37,188 nt of DNA. Source: a virus (Duplodnaviria; Caudoviricetes). Numbering within the stretch: the stretch's first letter is position 1; the number at the start of each line of letters is the position of its first letter. This document shows positions 36,053 to 37,188 of the stretch, one piece after another. The translations under genes were made by a program, and so were the position numbers. The stretch is taken from positions 1 through 37,188 of the IMG/VR virus record IMGVR_UViG_3300049930_000036; one strand, written 5' to 3'. The notes beneath the pieces are model-generated. The model was not told the DNA's origin, did not search any database, and worked only from the letters and a program-made list of their open reading frames with translations.

Positions 36053-37188
36053 ATGATCTATACTAAAGGAAAAGGAACGTCTTTAACACGAAACCAGAAA
36101 GAATCTGCGGCATTACTGCAGATTGGTACTTTCTTAGAGTATTTTGATTTAATGCTATATGTACACATGTCAGTAGTTTTAAATGAACTGTTTTTTCCTA
36201 AGACAGATTCTTATACTTCGCAACTTATCACGGCTTCGACCTTTTGTACTACTTTTGTTTTACGACCATTCGGTGCTTTGTTTTTTGGATATTTAGGCGA
36301 TACAAGAGGGCGTAAATTAACTGTAGTGATAACCACATTCGCAATGGCGATAGCTTGTTTGGTTATGGGTTGCCTTCCTACTTATGCTGAGATAGGGATT
36401 CAAGCTACTTGGATAATGATATTATGTAAAATAGTGCAGGGTATGTCCAGCATGGAAGAGGCGGTAGGCGCAGAAATCTACTTAACCGAGTCATCAAGTC
36501 CTCCAATTCAATATCCTCTTGTTAATTCTATTACTATTTGCTCTGCATTAGGTGGAACGGCTGCATTAGGTGTAGCTGCATTAGTAACTAATTATAATTT
36601 TAATTGGAGATGGGCGTTCTTTTCTGGAACAGTAATTGCGTTAGCGGGAACGATTGCAAGATCAAGATTAAGAGAAACTCCTGATTTTATTGAAGCAAAA
36701 CGTAAACAAAGTTTAATACTTGCTAAGTTAAATGAGAGAGGGGATAAAAAGGAAGTTGTTGAGAAAAAAGAAAAAATCTACAAAAAAACAATGCTATATT
36801 ATTTTCTCATTCAATGCGCTAGACCTGTATTATTTTATTTCTCGTATGTTTATAGCATAGATATACTAAAGGGCAGCTTCCATTGCAGCACTGACTACAT
36901 AGTCTTATATCTTTTTTATCTAGCCTTAATAGATCTAGTCGGAATAATCATACCTACTTATTTAAGTTATAGAATTGATCCACTCAAGATATTAAAAGTA
37001 AAAACTTATATCTTTGGGACGTTTATTTTGTTCTTTCCATATCTACTAACAAAAGCTAGTTCGCCATTAGAATTATTTTATATTCAAAGCTTTTTTGTTT
37101 TGTTTCGTATCGATAGTTCGCCTGCAGCGCCAATCTTTTACAGTCATTTCCCAGTGCTCAAAAGATTTACATACGCGGGGGTAATGTA
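36053..37188 (+). CDS. proP: MFS proline/betaine transporter, Rickettsia-type (3'-truncated by window)
   Basis: Hand translation open to window end: LTRNQKE...IGTFLEYFDLMLYVHM..VLNELFFP, RPFGA..FGY.GD..GRK, RETPDF. Confidence 0.88.
   Translation, partial: MIYTKGKGTSLTRNQKESAALLQIGTFLEYFDLMLYVHMSVVLNELFFPKTDSYTSQLITASTFCTTFVLRPFGALFFGYLGDTRGRKLTVVITTFAMAIACLVMGCLPTYAEIGIQATWIMILCKIVQGMSSMEEAVGAEIYLTESSSPPIQYPLVNSITICSALGGTAALGVAALVTNYNFNWRWAFFSGTVIALAGTIARSRLRETPDFIEAKRKQSLILAKLNERGDKKEVVEKKEKIYKKTMLYYFLIQCARPVLFYFSYVYSIDILKGSFHCSTDYIVLYLFYLALIDLVGIIIPTYLSYRIDPLKILKVKTYIFGTFILFFPYLLTKASSPLELFYIQSFFVLFRIDSSPAAPIFYSHFPVLKRFTYAGVM

Overview
AT-rich window holding most of an apparently intact podovirus-type (short-tailed) phage genome in a Rickettsiaceae-like context. 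The left arm (+) carries an ERF-like recombinase tail, two XRE HTH regulators, a YqaJ exonuclease, a pentapeptide protein and a RelBE toxin-antitoxin pair. A ~30 kb late region (-) runs from large terminase through portal, GroES-like co-chaperonin, scaffold, major capsid, decoration and fibre proteins, adaptors and nozzle to four ejection-type proteins. The right end has an outer-membrane beta-barrel gene, a ParA + ribbon-helix-helix partition cassette with phased repeats, and a Rickettsia-type ProP MFS transporter (truncated by the window). The strongest unexplained signal is non-coding. A 24-25 nt element that folds as a compact H-type pseudoknot on the coding strand occurs five times in the 5' leaders of three virion genes, with structure-preserving substitutions. 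In two leaders it is followed by an anti-Shine-Dalgarno hairpin that could kiss an SD/AUG hairpin. This is a candidate undescribed cis-regulatory RNA system for virion genes. All calls are by-eye motif recognition; no searches were run. No integrase, small terminase, lysis or replication gene is recognisable in the window.
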